Under the pieces are notes generated by a model that had not been told where the DNA came from, did not search any database, and saw only the letters and a program-made list of their open reading frames with translations. DNA of 64,000 bases, taken from the human T2T-CHM13v2.0 reference genome, Homo sapiens. Positions within the stretch are counted from its first letter, which is position 1. Every line of letters starts with the position of its first letter. The translations under genes and the position numbers were made by a program. Of the stretch, positions 29,311 to 43,084 are shown one piece after another. The stretch is taken from the NCBI RefSeq assembly GCF_009914755.1, contig NC_060928.1. One strand, written 5' to 3'.

Positions 29311-30989
29311 TGCTTTTAAATACTATTTGTGCTATCTCCTATTGCACACCTTTTGTTCTGTGAATTCTTTGACCCTCTCCCACTAACCCCAGGCTACCAG
29401 TTTGGCTTTGTCTTCCCATCTCTTGCAGCAGAATTTCATTCCATAATAGATTTGGTCTCTAGGTATAATATATTTGATGGCTGCATCCAGACATAGATGT
29501 AATCACAGCTGTACCACTAGTATCTCTTATTTTCTTTCTTACATTTCTCAAGAAAGCATTTACCAGCAGCATCACTGTGAAACCCCAACTTATGGGATCC
29601 TCACTAAAATGTCATTATCTAAGTCCATTAAGTTGTCTAATAAAGGGTATACCCTGGTAATCAAATGGTCAAAGCAGTGTTCTAACAAAGTCCTGCATGT
29701 GTGTAGACTAAAATATTTCAAGCACACACACATTTCATAGCTTTATCTGATTTTTAGAAGGACAGAGTAAACATATGACACCCACTGTGGTTAAATTGAT
29801 TATACTAAGAGCTACATTTCCCTGTATGGTTTCAAATTAGAGTTGGCAAAAAGTACTTCTGTGAAATTTGAAGGCAGAAATAAGGCAGTGGCCATGATTC
29901 TCCAAAGGTCTTTTCCCAACTCTATGCAGTGACAGACGTTCACAGAGATGCCTCTTCTGTGTTCAGTCATTCTTCCTACTGCTGGTCCTACTGACCAATT
30001 GAGGCAGTAGCTACTCAGAAGCAATAGCTTTTCATAGGTTTCTCCACAAACTCCCCTTCATATCTCTAGCTGGAAGGACACGGCTTCTCTAATTGACTGC
30101 TTGGTGACTCAATCTCTGATTCAATCCCTCATCTGGAACTGTGTTTCCTACAGTTGTGTAAGGTCTACTTTCTATAATAATCACTGATTTGAAGACTCTC
30201 AGACTGACAGTTCTCCACCAGATAAAACTGTGTTGATTCCCGAAGAAATGATAAATGCTAATCATTAGTCAAATAGAAAGCAAGACATTCATTAATTATT
30301 CCGAGATACAGAATTCTCAGTAATAACATTCTAATGTCTTCTTAAGAAGTGTTATTCTATTGGGAAAGTTAATATACCATACATGAGTTGGTATCCTAGT
30401 GCCTCAGATGTTTTTGTAAGTGGTCTATCTTGTCTTGTGTTGATGTTAAGAAGCAGTGGCCTGAAATTGACAAGGCGAAGAACGACAGAACAATTCTGTA
30501 CAAATCCCCAGACACATTTGATTTTGCACATAATACAGAAGATAAAATCTACCGATAAATATTTCAGTCTGTTCCTTTACTTCCCTTTAAGTCATTATTG
30601 TAGAACCAAAAATTATTGTTTCACTAAAAATAAATGAACCACAGGTTGTTTATGTAACTGTCTAAGGATAATATGTCAAAAAGTATTATGATTCCTGGCA
30701 ACCTAATAGGGGAAAATAATTTATTAATTATACTTTTAAAAGGTTAAAAAAGTGTTGTAGATCATGTTTGAAATTTATATTCTGCCTCACTGAACTACAT
30801 TATTTATATAAATAACTTATGATCACACTATTTTTTATTTAATGTATACATTAACTTTTATGAGCACATGGGGGTTACTGCAAACTGCATTTTATGTTAA
30901 ATATGTCTGTATTTCACAGTTGTTTGTCTTATGTACTCTAAATACATCACAAAGCATACAGCTGATCAAATTTTCATTTATTTTTTAAA

Positions 30990-31592
30990 TTAGCTTTTCA
31001 TTTTAGAACTAAGTTTTAGATTTACATAAAAAGGTACTAGATAGTACAGAGAATTTCCATATATTCCATACCCATTTTCCCTATTATTAGTAACTTATGT
31101 TAATATTATACATCTGTTTTGATTAACTTACCAATATTGACACATTATTATTAACTCAAGCTCAGAATGTTTTTTAGATTTTCTTCCTTTTAAGCCAATG
31201 TTCTATTCCTTAATCCCTTTCAAAATTCCACATTCTATTTAGTCATCGTGTCTCCTTTGCTCCTCTTGGCTGTGACAGTTCCTTAGACTTTCCTTGATTT
31301 AGATGACCTTGACAGTTTGGGGGAGCACTGGTCAGCATTTTGTAGAATGTTGCTTAGTTGGGATTTGCCTGATACTTTCTCTCATGACCAGACTGGGGCT
31401 AGGGGTTTTGCAAGGAAGCCCACAGAGGTAAAGTGCCTTTGTCATCACATCATGCCAAAGTTTCCTATCATTATGACTCATCGCTGTTGATGTTACCTTG
31501 ATCATCCGGCTGAGATCATTGTAAATTTTCTCTACTTTAAAGTTATTCTTTTTCTCTCTCTCTTTCCATTCTGCACTCTTTGTAACCAAGTC
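30990..31592 (-). mobile_element. L1MC-type 3' UTR fragment
   Basis: Reverse-strand homologue of 1-589: gatgaccttgacagttt, ttttgtagaatgt, ctcatgaccagactgggg. Confidence 0.75.
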
Positions 31593-31594
31593 AC

Positions 31595-31902
31595 GGTATT
31601 AGCTTGCTAGGGCTGACATAACAAAGTACTCCAAGCTGAGTGGCTTAAACAACAATGTATTGTCTCATAGTTCTGGAGGCTAGAAGTCCAAGATCAAGCA
31701 TTGGCAGGGTTGGTTCCTTCTGAGGTCAGTGAGGAGAATCTGTTTCATGTCTTCCTCTTAGCTTCCGGTAGTTTGCTGGCAACCTTTGAAGTTCTTGTGT
31801 TTGTAGATGTGTCATCTCGATTTCTATCTTCAGGCTCACATGGTGTTCTTACTGTGTTTGTGTCTGTGTTCAAATTTCCCTTTTTTTATAGATGCCAGTC
31901 AT
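31595..31902 (-). mobile_element. MLT1B/C MaLR LTR
   Basis: ggcttaaacaac...gttctggaggctagaagtccaagatcaag...gggttggttccttctgagg. Confidence 0.8.
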
Positions 31903-32289
31903 ACCTGGCACCTACCATCTGTCATCTATTTACTCAATTCCACTACACATTGAGAGCAGTTTTCATTCACTTTTAATATACAGAATTATTAAAGTATAAA
32001 TATGTATAAACCAATCATAAATATTTAAATATGCAAAAATTCCAGAATAATAGTTTACATTTCCCAAGAATAGCTGTAAACTAAATTGAAGTATAATTTC
32101 TTCTTTGGATCATTGTTAATGAGGACAGTGTCATGAGTGAAGTGCAATTGACTTTCTGTTTAATATAATATGTTAAGATATGCATTAGACCAATTAGAAT
32201 AAATGATACAACCATCAGCTTCATGATTTCCTCAGAGTAGCAAATTATAAAGTTTAGATACTTTTTTGCTCTTTTTCCCTCTCTTTCTC

Positions 32290-32495
32290 TGTGCATGTAT
32301 ATATCTGTATATATCTATAACTTATGTATGTAAATAACACATATATGCATTACATAGTATATGTCTATAATTTATGTATATAGATAACATACATAAACAT
32401 AACATACACATGCATATACATCTGCATATATATGTTATCTATATACGTAAATTATAGATATGTACATATATACTCTACATACAGTTATAAATACA
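32290..32495. repeat. TA-rich low-complexity tract with a 31-bp inverted repeat
   Basis: Arms 32361-32391 and 32431-32461, 29/31 complementary. Confidence 0.85.
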
Positions 32496-33414
32496 CAATA
32501 AAAACTTCATTATTAACATTTAAAAAATCGTGAAGTAATCATTGAGTTACAATTATATCAAATAGATATAAAAATAAAGCTGAAAGATATTTTCAATATA
32601 CTAAATGTCTTTGATCATGAGAGGGAAAAGAAGCCCCTGATACCAGATTTGTATTGGTAAGATTCCAACTATCTCAAACATGTCAAAATGTAAAATTTTC
32701 TCTATCATATGTGACATTGAATCTTGCCTTCCCTTTATATATTTTATATAGTGCAGTATGATCAATAGCACCTTTTCTTTTTGGTTATACATTTGGTTAA
32801 CATTGCAGAGTCTTGTTTGCTTCAAGACAAAAAAATTTGAATAAGTTTTGGAAATATCCAAAAGAAATGGAGTTAATACACAAAATGCATGTATAGACTC
32901 TCTGCACTGGTCAGTGGTTGTATCCAAATTTGGAACTAAATTTTCTGTCAATCCCTGTGTATTAGACACCTCTTATGCACCATGCCAGAGCCTCTCAGCC
33001 TCACCTGTCTCTTATCCCAGCTGCCACTGTGATGACCAGCTCAGCATGGGCTTGAACTGACTTTACACAAGTGTCACACAGCAGTCTCAGGTCCTGAGCT
33101 AAAGCCACATGCTCTCACCTCTGATCCTGTAACTTCCTCTCTTGATATTGCTTTGGGTCCTGAAGTCTGCAATCTGATCACTGTCAATCAATAACAGGAA
33201 CATGACAATTTATTGCCTTTGAAAATGTAATTCCTAAGGTCATTTTTTTCTTCTACTGCTCTTTTCTTCGCAAGCCCTTATGTATCTCTATGTTTACTGT
33301 GTTACGGGGAAAGTATTGAACATCAATTGGCAGTCTCCCATGAGTGAGCCTCTGAATATATCAGGGAGAAAATAGAGTAAGTCATTATAGCACTAATAGA
33401 GTTAGTAATAGCAT

Positions 33415-33772
33415 TTTTATCTGTTCAGGCTGCTATAATAAAATAGACTAGATATCTTATAAACAGCAGAAATTTATTTCTCACAGTTCTGGAGCCTGGA
33501 AAGTCCAAGATCTAGGTGCCAGCAGATTCAGTGTCTAGAGAGGGCACACTTTCTGGTTCCTAGATGGTCATTTTCTCACTGTAACCTCACATGTTGGAAG
33601 GGGCAAAGGACCTCTCAAGGCCCTTTTGTATAAAGGCAATAATCTCATTCATGTGGACTCCACCCTCATGACTTAATCACCTCCCAAAGGCTCTACCTCC
33701 TATTACCATCATCTTAGGGATTAGGAGTTCAACATATGCATTTTGAGGGGAGACAAACATTCAGACCATATA
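33415..33772 (-). mobile_element. MLT1A0 MaLR LTR
   Basis: gttcaggctgctataa...aagtccaagatc...caccctcatgacttaatcacctcccaaaggc...acaaacattcagacca. Confidence 0.85.
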
Positions 33773-36299
33773 GTTTGTCTTAAGAGTTGAACATGAAGCC
33801 GTGACAGGCTACATGTATATCTGGAGAAAAGGCAGGTTACTCTTGGTTGGTCAAGGAACAAGGGACTTAATTTTTAGTTTAGGCTCACTGATATCTCTGA
33901 AAGCAAAAAAATTGCAGATTGTGTTGAAATGCAAACCCAAGATCATTGTTAGCTGGGCAGGTAGATCTGGAGGGAACTGCCTTTCCAAGGCATTCACTTC
34001 TAATCCTAGGTCACATGTAGCCCATTCACTTGGTCTCATTTGTAACTAACTCCTTTTAAAATAAAGCTTGTGTCCTGGTAGTTCTTCTGACAACATCCTA
34101 AGACATCAGGGTATAGGAGGATTCTTAATACAAACTGGAGAAGAAAATAAGGAAAAAAGAGAGTAAAATTAAGACTTCCTCCCAAACCATCCAAAATGAA
34201 ATTTAGACTGTGAAACAAAGCTGCTTCCCTTCCAGTGGGGGACTTTATAACATTTTATTCATGGGAAATGCAATTAAAATGTCTGTCTCTCCTGTTTCCT
34301 GAAAAATTTAATTTGCATCTTAAGTTGTTACTGCTGTGCCCAAGATTTTCAAATCAAATATTAAAAATGAACTTGTCAACTCCAGCAGCTTTATGCTTGG
34401 AGCTAAACACTTCAAAAATTCTGTTTCATTTTGTAGCCTGTTAAGATATATTTATAACTGCATGTGTAGCGTCCTACATTGTTAGTAGGTAAATTTTATA
34501 ATGAGTTTTAAATTAGACTCTTTCTCTGCACTCACTCACTAATCCACCTCATTTCCTACATGTATTTTTATCTGCATGAGAAATTCATGACCTCAGAATC
34601 CGACATAAGCCATGTGTTTTTTGTGTAATCCCAGAAGTCTCGTAATCTAATATCTCATAAACTTGCTTTGCTTTTTTATATTTTTGAACTATTTTAGATT
34701 TGCTTAATGAACAATGCAAAATATCAGGATTCGATGGCCTATTAATGCAGAAATTACGACTTTATTATCTTTAAAAACATTTTCAAGTTTGAAATTCAAG
34801 ATTTTTTTAAATGCATGTAACAAGAATAGATTGTAATATATTCTGTATAAGTAAGAATTATTTTCACTTGGAAGTAGGGTAAGAATACTTCACACTAAAT
34901 TTCTTGCAAGTTACGGAGTATGGCAGATTTCAGTCATGGCTAGATCCCGGAGCTCCTTCACATCCTGTCCCTCTCATCATCAAGCCCTATACTCATATCT
35001 TTCGAACTTAAAACCTCTGTGGAAAAATAGTCTTTAAGATAGCAATTGAAGAAAAGTTCACAAAAAAGCAAATTAGTGCGGCTTGGATAACATGATCATC
35101 ATTGAACTAATTACTGTCACAAGACCTCTTAAAAGCCCTGTTTGTCTCGTCTTTGGCTCCATAGAACCACATGAAATTGTTTCGCCCCAGAAAATATTAG
35201 CTTGGTCACCAGAGAAAGAAAGGAAAAGAAATGCTAAACAGACAAAAGTAACAGTAGTGTATCTCTTCATTTCAGTCTCTCCTTACAGCTACCTTATATT
35301 ATACTTTCCTGGATTATAGAATTCATCATGTTGCATCACAATTATTTTTATGTTTCTTGCCCTTCTGATATCTGGAATATTCTGGAGACAAGAAGACAAT
35401 ATTATTACTTTTAAAAATTGTTGTAATTATTTTCTTTTCATGTTTTAATCCAGTATTTGGCACTTACTAGCTCTTCGATAGATGGTTAATAATTCTACTA
35501 GTTAATTATATGTACAACTGTTGTATTCTCCTTATCTCTGTTTTGACATTATTTTATTTTCTTATCTAGCTTTCTTAAATTCTTTCTTCTTATATTTCCT
35601 TTTAATTTTTCTTCTCACTTCATCTAGTTCTCAAATCACTTTCCAAGGAAGTCAATGAGAAAAAAACATGCAAGTTTAATAATGTATTTTATTTACAACA
35701 GAGATTTCCCTGTTTGGAAGAGGGTGATCTCTTGGGTGTATTTTTTTTTTTAAAAAAGCAAAAATGTAACAAATTTATTTTTTTCATTCTTGAAGCTAGC
35801 TAAATATACCTAAAATGTCATGTCTCATTCTTCAAATACATGAGAGTACTTTGGTTTCTTGTGGGCCTTATCCTTAATTTCCAGTACCTTTGAGATGATT
35901 AATGACTATTCTTACTTAAAGTGGAACTAATTTGAATTATCTGGTGTTATAATGCATTTTTTGTTGTAAATTTTTTGTACATTTTTTATTTTATTGGCTG
36001 TTTATTCCATATCTTGTTACTATAGAAGCTAGTCTTCTATTTAAACTCAATGAGATTTACCATATTTCATTCAGTGACACCCTCAGTCTTGTCCCAAACT
36101 CTTACGGTTCTACATGTGTCGTGAGGCTGTTGTATGGCTGAGATGACATTAGGTAAAGCGCCAGATTAGCAGGCATATCCCAGATCATCACAAAGAAAAG
36201 TTAGTACAGCTTCCTATGTAGCTACTATGCTATGCCAAACTCTCTTTGTGACTAGACAGTTCTTCCCTCATTCTGGCATCATGCCATATTTTATTAGAA

Positions 36300-36865
36300 T
36301 CTTTCTAGTTACTTCTCTCTAGAACATCCTCATAGAAATTCTTCCCCAAGTTATTTCTGCTCATCCTTCGTCTTGGTGGTGGTGGTGGAGTTACGTTCTC
36401 TTTCCTCAAAAAAGCTTTCCCTAAACTCTAAAAAACAATTGGCTTACCCTCTTGTACAAGTCACCTTGTAATTTATTTACGTTTTTATCACTGGCCACAA
36501 ATGGACATTTTAAAATTAATTTTTGTGTTCTCTACTATATTGTAACTTCCATGAAAGCTAAGGCCACCTTGTCATGTCTATCGAATACTCAATCCAAATA
36601 TAGCACATAGTAGGCTTTCAGTAAGTATTTATTGACTGAGTGACCAAAGGAGAACTCAAAACTAACCCAGTTTCCCACACTGGAAACAAAATCTAGGCAA
36701 GTTTAGATTCTTAAGACTGACAGAATTTAGGCTGTTTCCAACCATCAGTTTTGAGTGAAATGTAAACAAGATCAAACAGAGAAACCTTGTCACTTTTATT
36801 TATTGCTGTATTTCCCAAGACCTAGAACATTTCTTGGCACAAGCTATATGTTCAATAAATACTTT
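36300..36865 (+). mobile_element. L2 3' fragments (two tails)
   Basis: ttgtaacttccatgaaag...tagcacatagtaggc...tattgactgagtga; ttgctgtatttccc...ttcaataaatac. Confidence 0.6.
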
Positions 36866-38616
36866 TTTGACTTAGTCAAGGAACCTTAAATACAAAGTTT
36901 TAAAATGTCTTAGCATTAGAGAAGCAGCTGCTGAGCCAGTGATGCCCTCTGGTGACAAAAGTCATCATCGCAGTACTTTTCTTAATTCAGGCAATTGGAC
37001 TTTGAGCTTCTCTTTTATGTCTAGCATTTCATAGGAAAATATAAGTGGGGGCTGTCCCAAAGAGATACACTCAAGAAACCCTAGTGCAGTCTTAGCAGTA
37101 TATCAATAATAACTTCTATATATATGTGACTTTACAGTTTTCTAAAGTCTTGGGGTATAAAGATTAGTAATAAGTAAACCTTATTCCTAACAGAAAAATA
37201 CAACACAGAGAAATATGCACTAATGTAGACATCTACATACAATGTGGAAAAATCAACGGAAAGAAAGAAATCAAAGTATTTCCACATAATAGATGGCTGG
37301 GAAGGAAGACCAGGAAAAATTTTATAGAAGAGGTAATGTTTCTTAGGGTTTTAAGGGAAGAGGAGATGTTTTCCATTTAGACCAGAGACTGGGAGGACAT
37401 TCTGAGCAGAGGGAAGAGGTTGAACAAGAGCAGTAAGAGTAATTCATTATTATTTTCTAATAAAATTATTTTACTTTGTATGTGGTGCAAGTATTTTATA
37501 ATAAGAAAATATTCCTAATTCCTCCCTCCCATCCCTTGTATCATTGATGTCATTTATTTCACTAATGCGTAAGCTATAATCATCAAATACATTGTTGCTA
37601 TTATTATTTTAAACAAATTGTTATCTGTTAGATCAATTGAGAATAAGAAAACTGAAAATTCTGTTATCTTCCCTTATTCCTTCTTTAATCCTCTTCCGTT
37701 TTTCATGCAGATCTGAGTTCCTGAGCTGTGTCACGTTTTTTCTCTCTAAATAACTTCTTGTAAGACTGATCTACTGTTAACAAATTCCCTCAGTTTTGTT
37801 TGTCTGAGAAAGACTTCATTTCTCCTTGACTTTCAAGGATAACTTTGCAGGGTAGTGGATTCTAGGTTGATGTATCTTTTCTTTCAGCACTTTAAATATT
37901 TCCCTCCACTCTCTTCTTGGTTGCATGATTTTTGAGATGTCAGATGTAATTTTTATCTTGCTCCTCTATAGGCAAGTTGTTTTTTTTTTCCTCTGACTCA
38001 TTTCAAGATTTTTCTTGACCTTTTATTTTCAGGCTAGGTGCAAATTATTGGATATTTATCCTGCTTGGTTTTCTCTGTGCTTCCTGGATCTGTGGTTTGG
38101 TGTCTGACATTAATTTGAGGGAAATTATCAGTTGTTATTACTTCAAATGTTTCTTCTGTTCATGACTCTTCTTTCTAGCATTCTCATTACACATATGCTA
38201 CATCTTTTGTCATTGCCTCATAGTTATTCGATATTCTGTTCCATTTATTCAGTAATTTTTCTCTTCACATTTTGGTTTTATAATTTTCTATTAACACATT
38301 CTCATGCTCAGAGATTCTTTCCTCAGCCACGTCCAGTCTCCTAATGAACCCATCAAATAATTCTTCCTTCTGTTAAAGTGTTCTTGATCTCTAGCATTTC
38401 CTTTTGATTCTTTCTTAGCATTTCCATCTCTTTGTTTACCTGACCTATCTTTTCTTACATGTTGTGTACTTTGTCCATTAGACACCTTAGCACATTAATC
38501 ATTATCATTTTAAATTCCCAGTGTGATGATTCCAATATCGCAGCCATGTCTGAGAGTGGTTCTGATGACTTCCTTGTCTACACTGTGTTTTTTGCCTTTT
38601 AGTATGCCTTGTAATT

Positions 38617-38993
38617 ATTATTTTTTTTTTAGCATTAGGGCATTTTTACTTTCCTTTTCTTCACCTTTTTATTTTAGGTTTGCAGGGTACATGTGCAAGC
38701 TTGTTACATGGGTAAGCTGTGTGTCACTGAGGTTTGGTATACAAATGATTTTATCACTCATGTTGTAAGCATAGCACTTGGTAGGTAGTTTTTTGTCCCT
38801 CATTCTTCTCCTACCCTCCACACTCAAGTAGTCCCTGATGTTTATTGTTCTCTGTGTACTCAATGTTTAGCTCTCACTTATAAGAGGGAACAGGTGGTAT
38901 TTGGTTTTCTATTCTTGCAGTAATTTGCTTGGGATAATGGCCTCTAGCTGCATCCATGTTGCTGCAAAGGACATGATTTCATGCTTTTTTATG
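38617..38993 (-). mobile_element. L1PA15/16-like 3' end
   Basis: ggtacatgtgcaagcttgttacatgggtaa...gctgcatccatgttgctgcaaaggacatgatttcat; TSD agtatgcctt(g/a)taatt. Confidence 0.85.
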
Positions 38994-39457
38994 AGTATGC
39001 CTTATAATTTCTTGTGATGTAGTGGGTAAAAGGAACTCTAGTAAATAGGCCTTTAGTGATGTGCCGGTAAGGTGTTGGGGGTTAGCTAGTATTCTAGAGT
39101 CCTGTGATTATGTCTCAGTCTTTTAGTGAGCTTGTGTCCCTAGACTGTGAACTTCACAGGTGTCTCTCAGTTTTATCGACCAGTATGGGATGGCTACAGG
39201 GTGATGGAGTCAAGTGTTTTTCATCCCCCATATGAAAAACTAGAGAGGGTTAGGGTTGGGGTTTTCCCTTTCCCAAGTATGTTAGGCTCCTATAAAACCC
39301 CTTCAGATCAGGATCTGATAAAATAGTTTCTCTAGGGGGCAGGCTTTGTAAAAAACAGAATCCTTTCCCCGTTGGAAGCTGGAGACTTCTCTCTAATGTT
39401 TACTGGGCGAATCTACTTCATCTCCTGTAGGTAAAGCCAGAAAAGTGTGGGGGTATC

Positions 39458-39802
39458 TGATATGGTTTGGCTGTGCCCTCACCCAAATCTCATCTCGAAT
39501 TCCCACGTGTTGTGGGCGAGACCCAGTGGGAGGTAATTGAATCATAGGGGCAGGTGTTTCCCATGCTGTTCTCATGATAGCGAATAAGTTTCACAAGATC
39601 TGATGGTTTTAAAAAAGGGGAGTTCCCCTGCACAAGCTCTGTTCCCTTGTCTGCCACCATGTGAGATGTGCCTTTCACCTTCTGCCATGATTGTGAGGCC
39701 TCTCCAGACACGTGGAACTGTGAGTCCAATAAACCTCTTCTTTTTTGTAAATTACCCAGTCTTGGGTATGTCTTTATCAGCAGTGTGAAAATGGCCTAAT
39801 AC
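39458..39802 (+). mobile_element. THE1A/B solo LTR
   Basis: tgatatggtttggctgtg...aataaacctc...cagcagtgtgaaaatggcctaatac. Confidence 0.93.
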
Positions 39803-40574
39803 TTTCCCCTACGATGGGACCCTGCTGGAGTATTTACTCCCAGTCTTGCCCATTCTTAGCTTCCCATTAGTCAATTACATTTTAAGTTTTCCTACTTTAG
39901 TACTGGTTCCCACTCAGGTTTCTGCTCCAGTAGCTTGTGAGTCTCTGTATTTGCCTTTCTGTCTGTCTTATTTTGGGGACAGTGATTTTCCCTGTGACCT
40001 CACTTCTCATATGGATTTAAGAAGAATGGATGATTTTTCAGATTTTTCAGCTTTTTTACTTGTTGTTATGACAGAGTGGTGACCTCTAAGTTCTTTACAT
40101 GCCAGACTAACAACTAAAAGTTGTAATTCATTATTATTTAGTAAAACACATAACGTCTTAGTTCATCAGCAACCTAAAATCCACAAGCTCATTATTCCTT
40201 CCAGAAACAGAACAACCCACTACAGCTAGTCATTTCTAATATCCATTATGTTAATCGACCAAAATTCTGGTGTTGATAAAAGCTAAAAATAGATGAGGCT
40301 TATGAGTTGATGTCTTCTCTGGAGCATGCACTTTTGATTTGAGTTTCCAAATGAAAACTTCACAAAATACTCTAGAATAGGAAAAAAATACATCTTTCAG
40401 CACAACTTAGCTTGGGTCACAAATGACAGGGACACAGACCACAGACAGACTCTGTGATGGCACAGTACCCGCTTGGAAACAGAAGGGATCTTGACACTTG
40501 TTTACTCACCACTGGAAATGGATTTTACTTTTTTTTTAATGAAGAAGAATGAATTTATTCTAGAATTCTAACTC

Positions 40575-41075
40575 TATATACTTTGATTGTAACTATTAAA
40601 TATTTCAAATATACAGAACATTACAGAAAATGTAATGAAAAATACTCTCTCATAGATTTATCAAATGATAGCATTTTATTGCATTTGTTTGATTCTCTCC
40701 CTTTCTGTCTCTATCTTTTAAAGAAAATAAACAGCAATAGAATACATAAATAAAATAAACAGAATAGAATAGATAAAGAAAATAAACAGATAGCAATAGA
40801 ATGCGGTCACTCTTCTATATCCTCTTTCTCTCTAACTGGAAACATTTATGATCCTGCCACTAGTGTGTGTTTTTTCCACTTTTTAAATTTTTTATTACTT
40901 ATGCCTATATCTACAAACAATACAACAGTTATATATTTTTTAAAAGTAAAATATTGCTTTTTTCGTTCTAAAATTTGCATAAATGCTATCATTATATACT
41001 CATTTGCAGGTAGTTTTATTTTTATCTGATGATTATGCTTCTGAGACTTTAATATGTTGCTATGCATAGCCCTAA
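40575..41075 (-). mobile_element. L1ME-like 3' fragment
   Basis: aaatatttcaaatatacagaa...ttatgcttctgagactttaatatgttgctatgcatagc. Confidence 0.5.
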
Positions 41076-41127
41076 TAGCTTCATATTATGAATTAGCTAA
41101 TTGATTGTATGTCTGTGATTCATGAAC

Positions 41128-41440
41128 TCAGAGGTCATAAAATCAAATCCCCATGGGCAGCACTGAACATAGGCTTGGGAAGGACTAGAAACTCTAGGAA
41201 TATGGCATGAATATGCCATTCTCAGTGGGACAGCTGCAGCTCAGACATATCTGCTGTTGCCATTTGAGATAGTGGACCTGGTGGAATTATGTCAAGTTCT
41301 GTTCAAAGGAAAATGGAAGTACATACTTTGTGTGTTACCCTGAAATGTTTGCAACTATTTTAACTTAAAAACTAAGACAAAACACTCTGTAGTTCAAATA
41401 AAACACTCACGTGTTCAGAATACAACCAGTTAGGACCTCT
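41128..41440 (+). mobile_element. MER102-like element
   Basis: gggacagctgcagctcag...gttgcca...aaatgtttgcaacta...aaacactctgt. Confidence 0.55.
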
Positions 41441-43084
41441 TACTAACTCTTTGGTTAAATCTATGTAATTCATTTTACATGGTGCATTTATTTATTGTCA
41501 ATTGTTTCCTTCTGTTGGTGTAAAAATGTTTCTATTCTGAAATGACACATAATAAAGGGGCTCTGAAAGCATTATCAGTGTGTATTGAACAGCTTTTTTC
41601 TTATACTTGTATTTAAGATACTGGCATCTAGGGAAAATTATCCAAGAAGCAGAAATATTTTTAATAGTAGTCTCCATACTTGGGTTACATATTGAAATCA
41701 GCTACATAAATATATGAATTCATGGCCCTCATCTAAGGAATCCTGATTATAAGTAGCTCTGGGATCCAACCTGCCTCCCAAGTTCCCAGCTGCTGATTTT
41801 TACACTGTGTCTGCAATGTTAAAAATAACCCAGCCTCATCAGTACTGCCTTCTTCTATAAAGTCTAATGATAACGGTGAATAAAGTGATAACTATTTAAT
41901 GTAAGCAGTCTTTTTATAACAAATGATATATTGCCACATGGATTGCCATCATAGTTTAGACTCCCACGTAAGTTTTTATTAGAATGATAATAAATGAATG
42001 CTGTATGACTAAATAAATCTTTAAAAATAATTTTAAACACATTTTGAACAGATTTTTGCATGTCTGAAAATTTAGACTGTAGAACTTTCTGAGAATAATT
42101 TTTAGGAGGGCGAGGAAAAGCAATACAGAAAGACTCAGATGGGGGGCAACGTATTGGATTTCACAAATCAGAGTATGTATGTTTCCACCTAGAATAATGT
42201 TTTATCCCTTTGCTATGTAGTTTACTTTGAAATATTTCATTAGAGACATTGTGATGTATGTGTTAATTCTCTCTCAGGAGATATGGTTAATTACCATCAC
42301 AAGTAACATACTCTGCAGGCTACCTAGATACTATTTGAAAGACCCTGCTCATACATCAGAAATGACTACAACAGGGCTTCAGTTTTATTTATCTCTTATC
42401 AACATTAGAGGATATTTAACTAGGAAAACCTATGTTGCAAAAAGAACTCTATTGATAAAATGAGTAGTGAACAAGATTGTGACTTGACTAGAAATACTGT
42501 AGAGACACTGTTCATTACAGGAACCCTAAGCCCTGCAATCTATGTTTCTGGTGGTTCCTGGGTTTTTACTCCCAAGGAGTCTCACACTCAGTCACTAATT
42601 TGAAAGAATCTGGTTGTCTGTTGCTTACAAGTAGATAAGCAGATTTCTGTTTTTAGCATATTGTCACTTTTGTGTCTAGGAAAGATTTTGTGCAAAGCAT
42701 GATCAAATCATTTTAAATGACAGAGAGCTGGGATTTCATTGCGCTTAGGGAACAGGTTGCATGACTTGCCTAACTCCTGTTTGTTATAAACATTTGTATG
42801 TGTATGGAATTCACTCTAATGATTGCTTTGATACCTGGCAGTAGGTGTCTAGAAGAGAGTCCTTAGTGCTCATTTGCCTGTGAAGATTGGCTGCTATGAT
42901 ACTAAAATGAAGCCAGTAATTTTGAGGGGCCATATTGGCTCAGACTATTTTACAAGTTGGATCAATTCCACTGGTTTACTTGGAAGTCCCTTCCAAATTG
43001 ATAACTTTGACTCTACCTTCTGCCTTCTGGGTACTATAGCAGGACTATCTATGAACAATAAAATCATAAGACGTAAAGTTGTTT

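Larger units (their letters stand above)
37456..40122 (-). mobile_element. Old L1M (L1MC/MD-like): 5' UTR, ORF1 remnant and inter-ORF region, 3'-truncated
   Basis: 5' end on the minus strand ...gtctggcatgtaaagaac; ORF1 coiled-coil relic MEMLRKNQKEMLEIKNT near 38375-38427; perfect TSD gtaattcattattattt (37439-37455, 40123-40139). Confidence 0.75.

Noticed and set aside
34000-36250. Unique-looking region with short ORFs (35073, 35083)
   Set aside because: No recognisable protein motif or convincing exon boundaries
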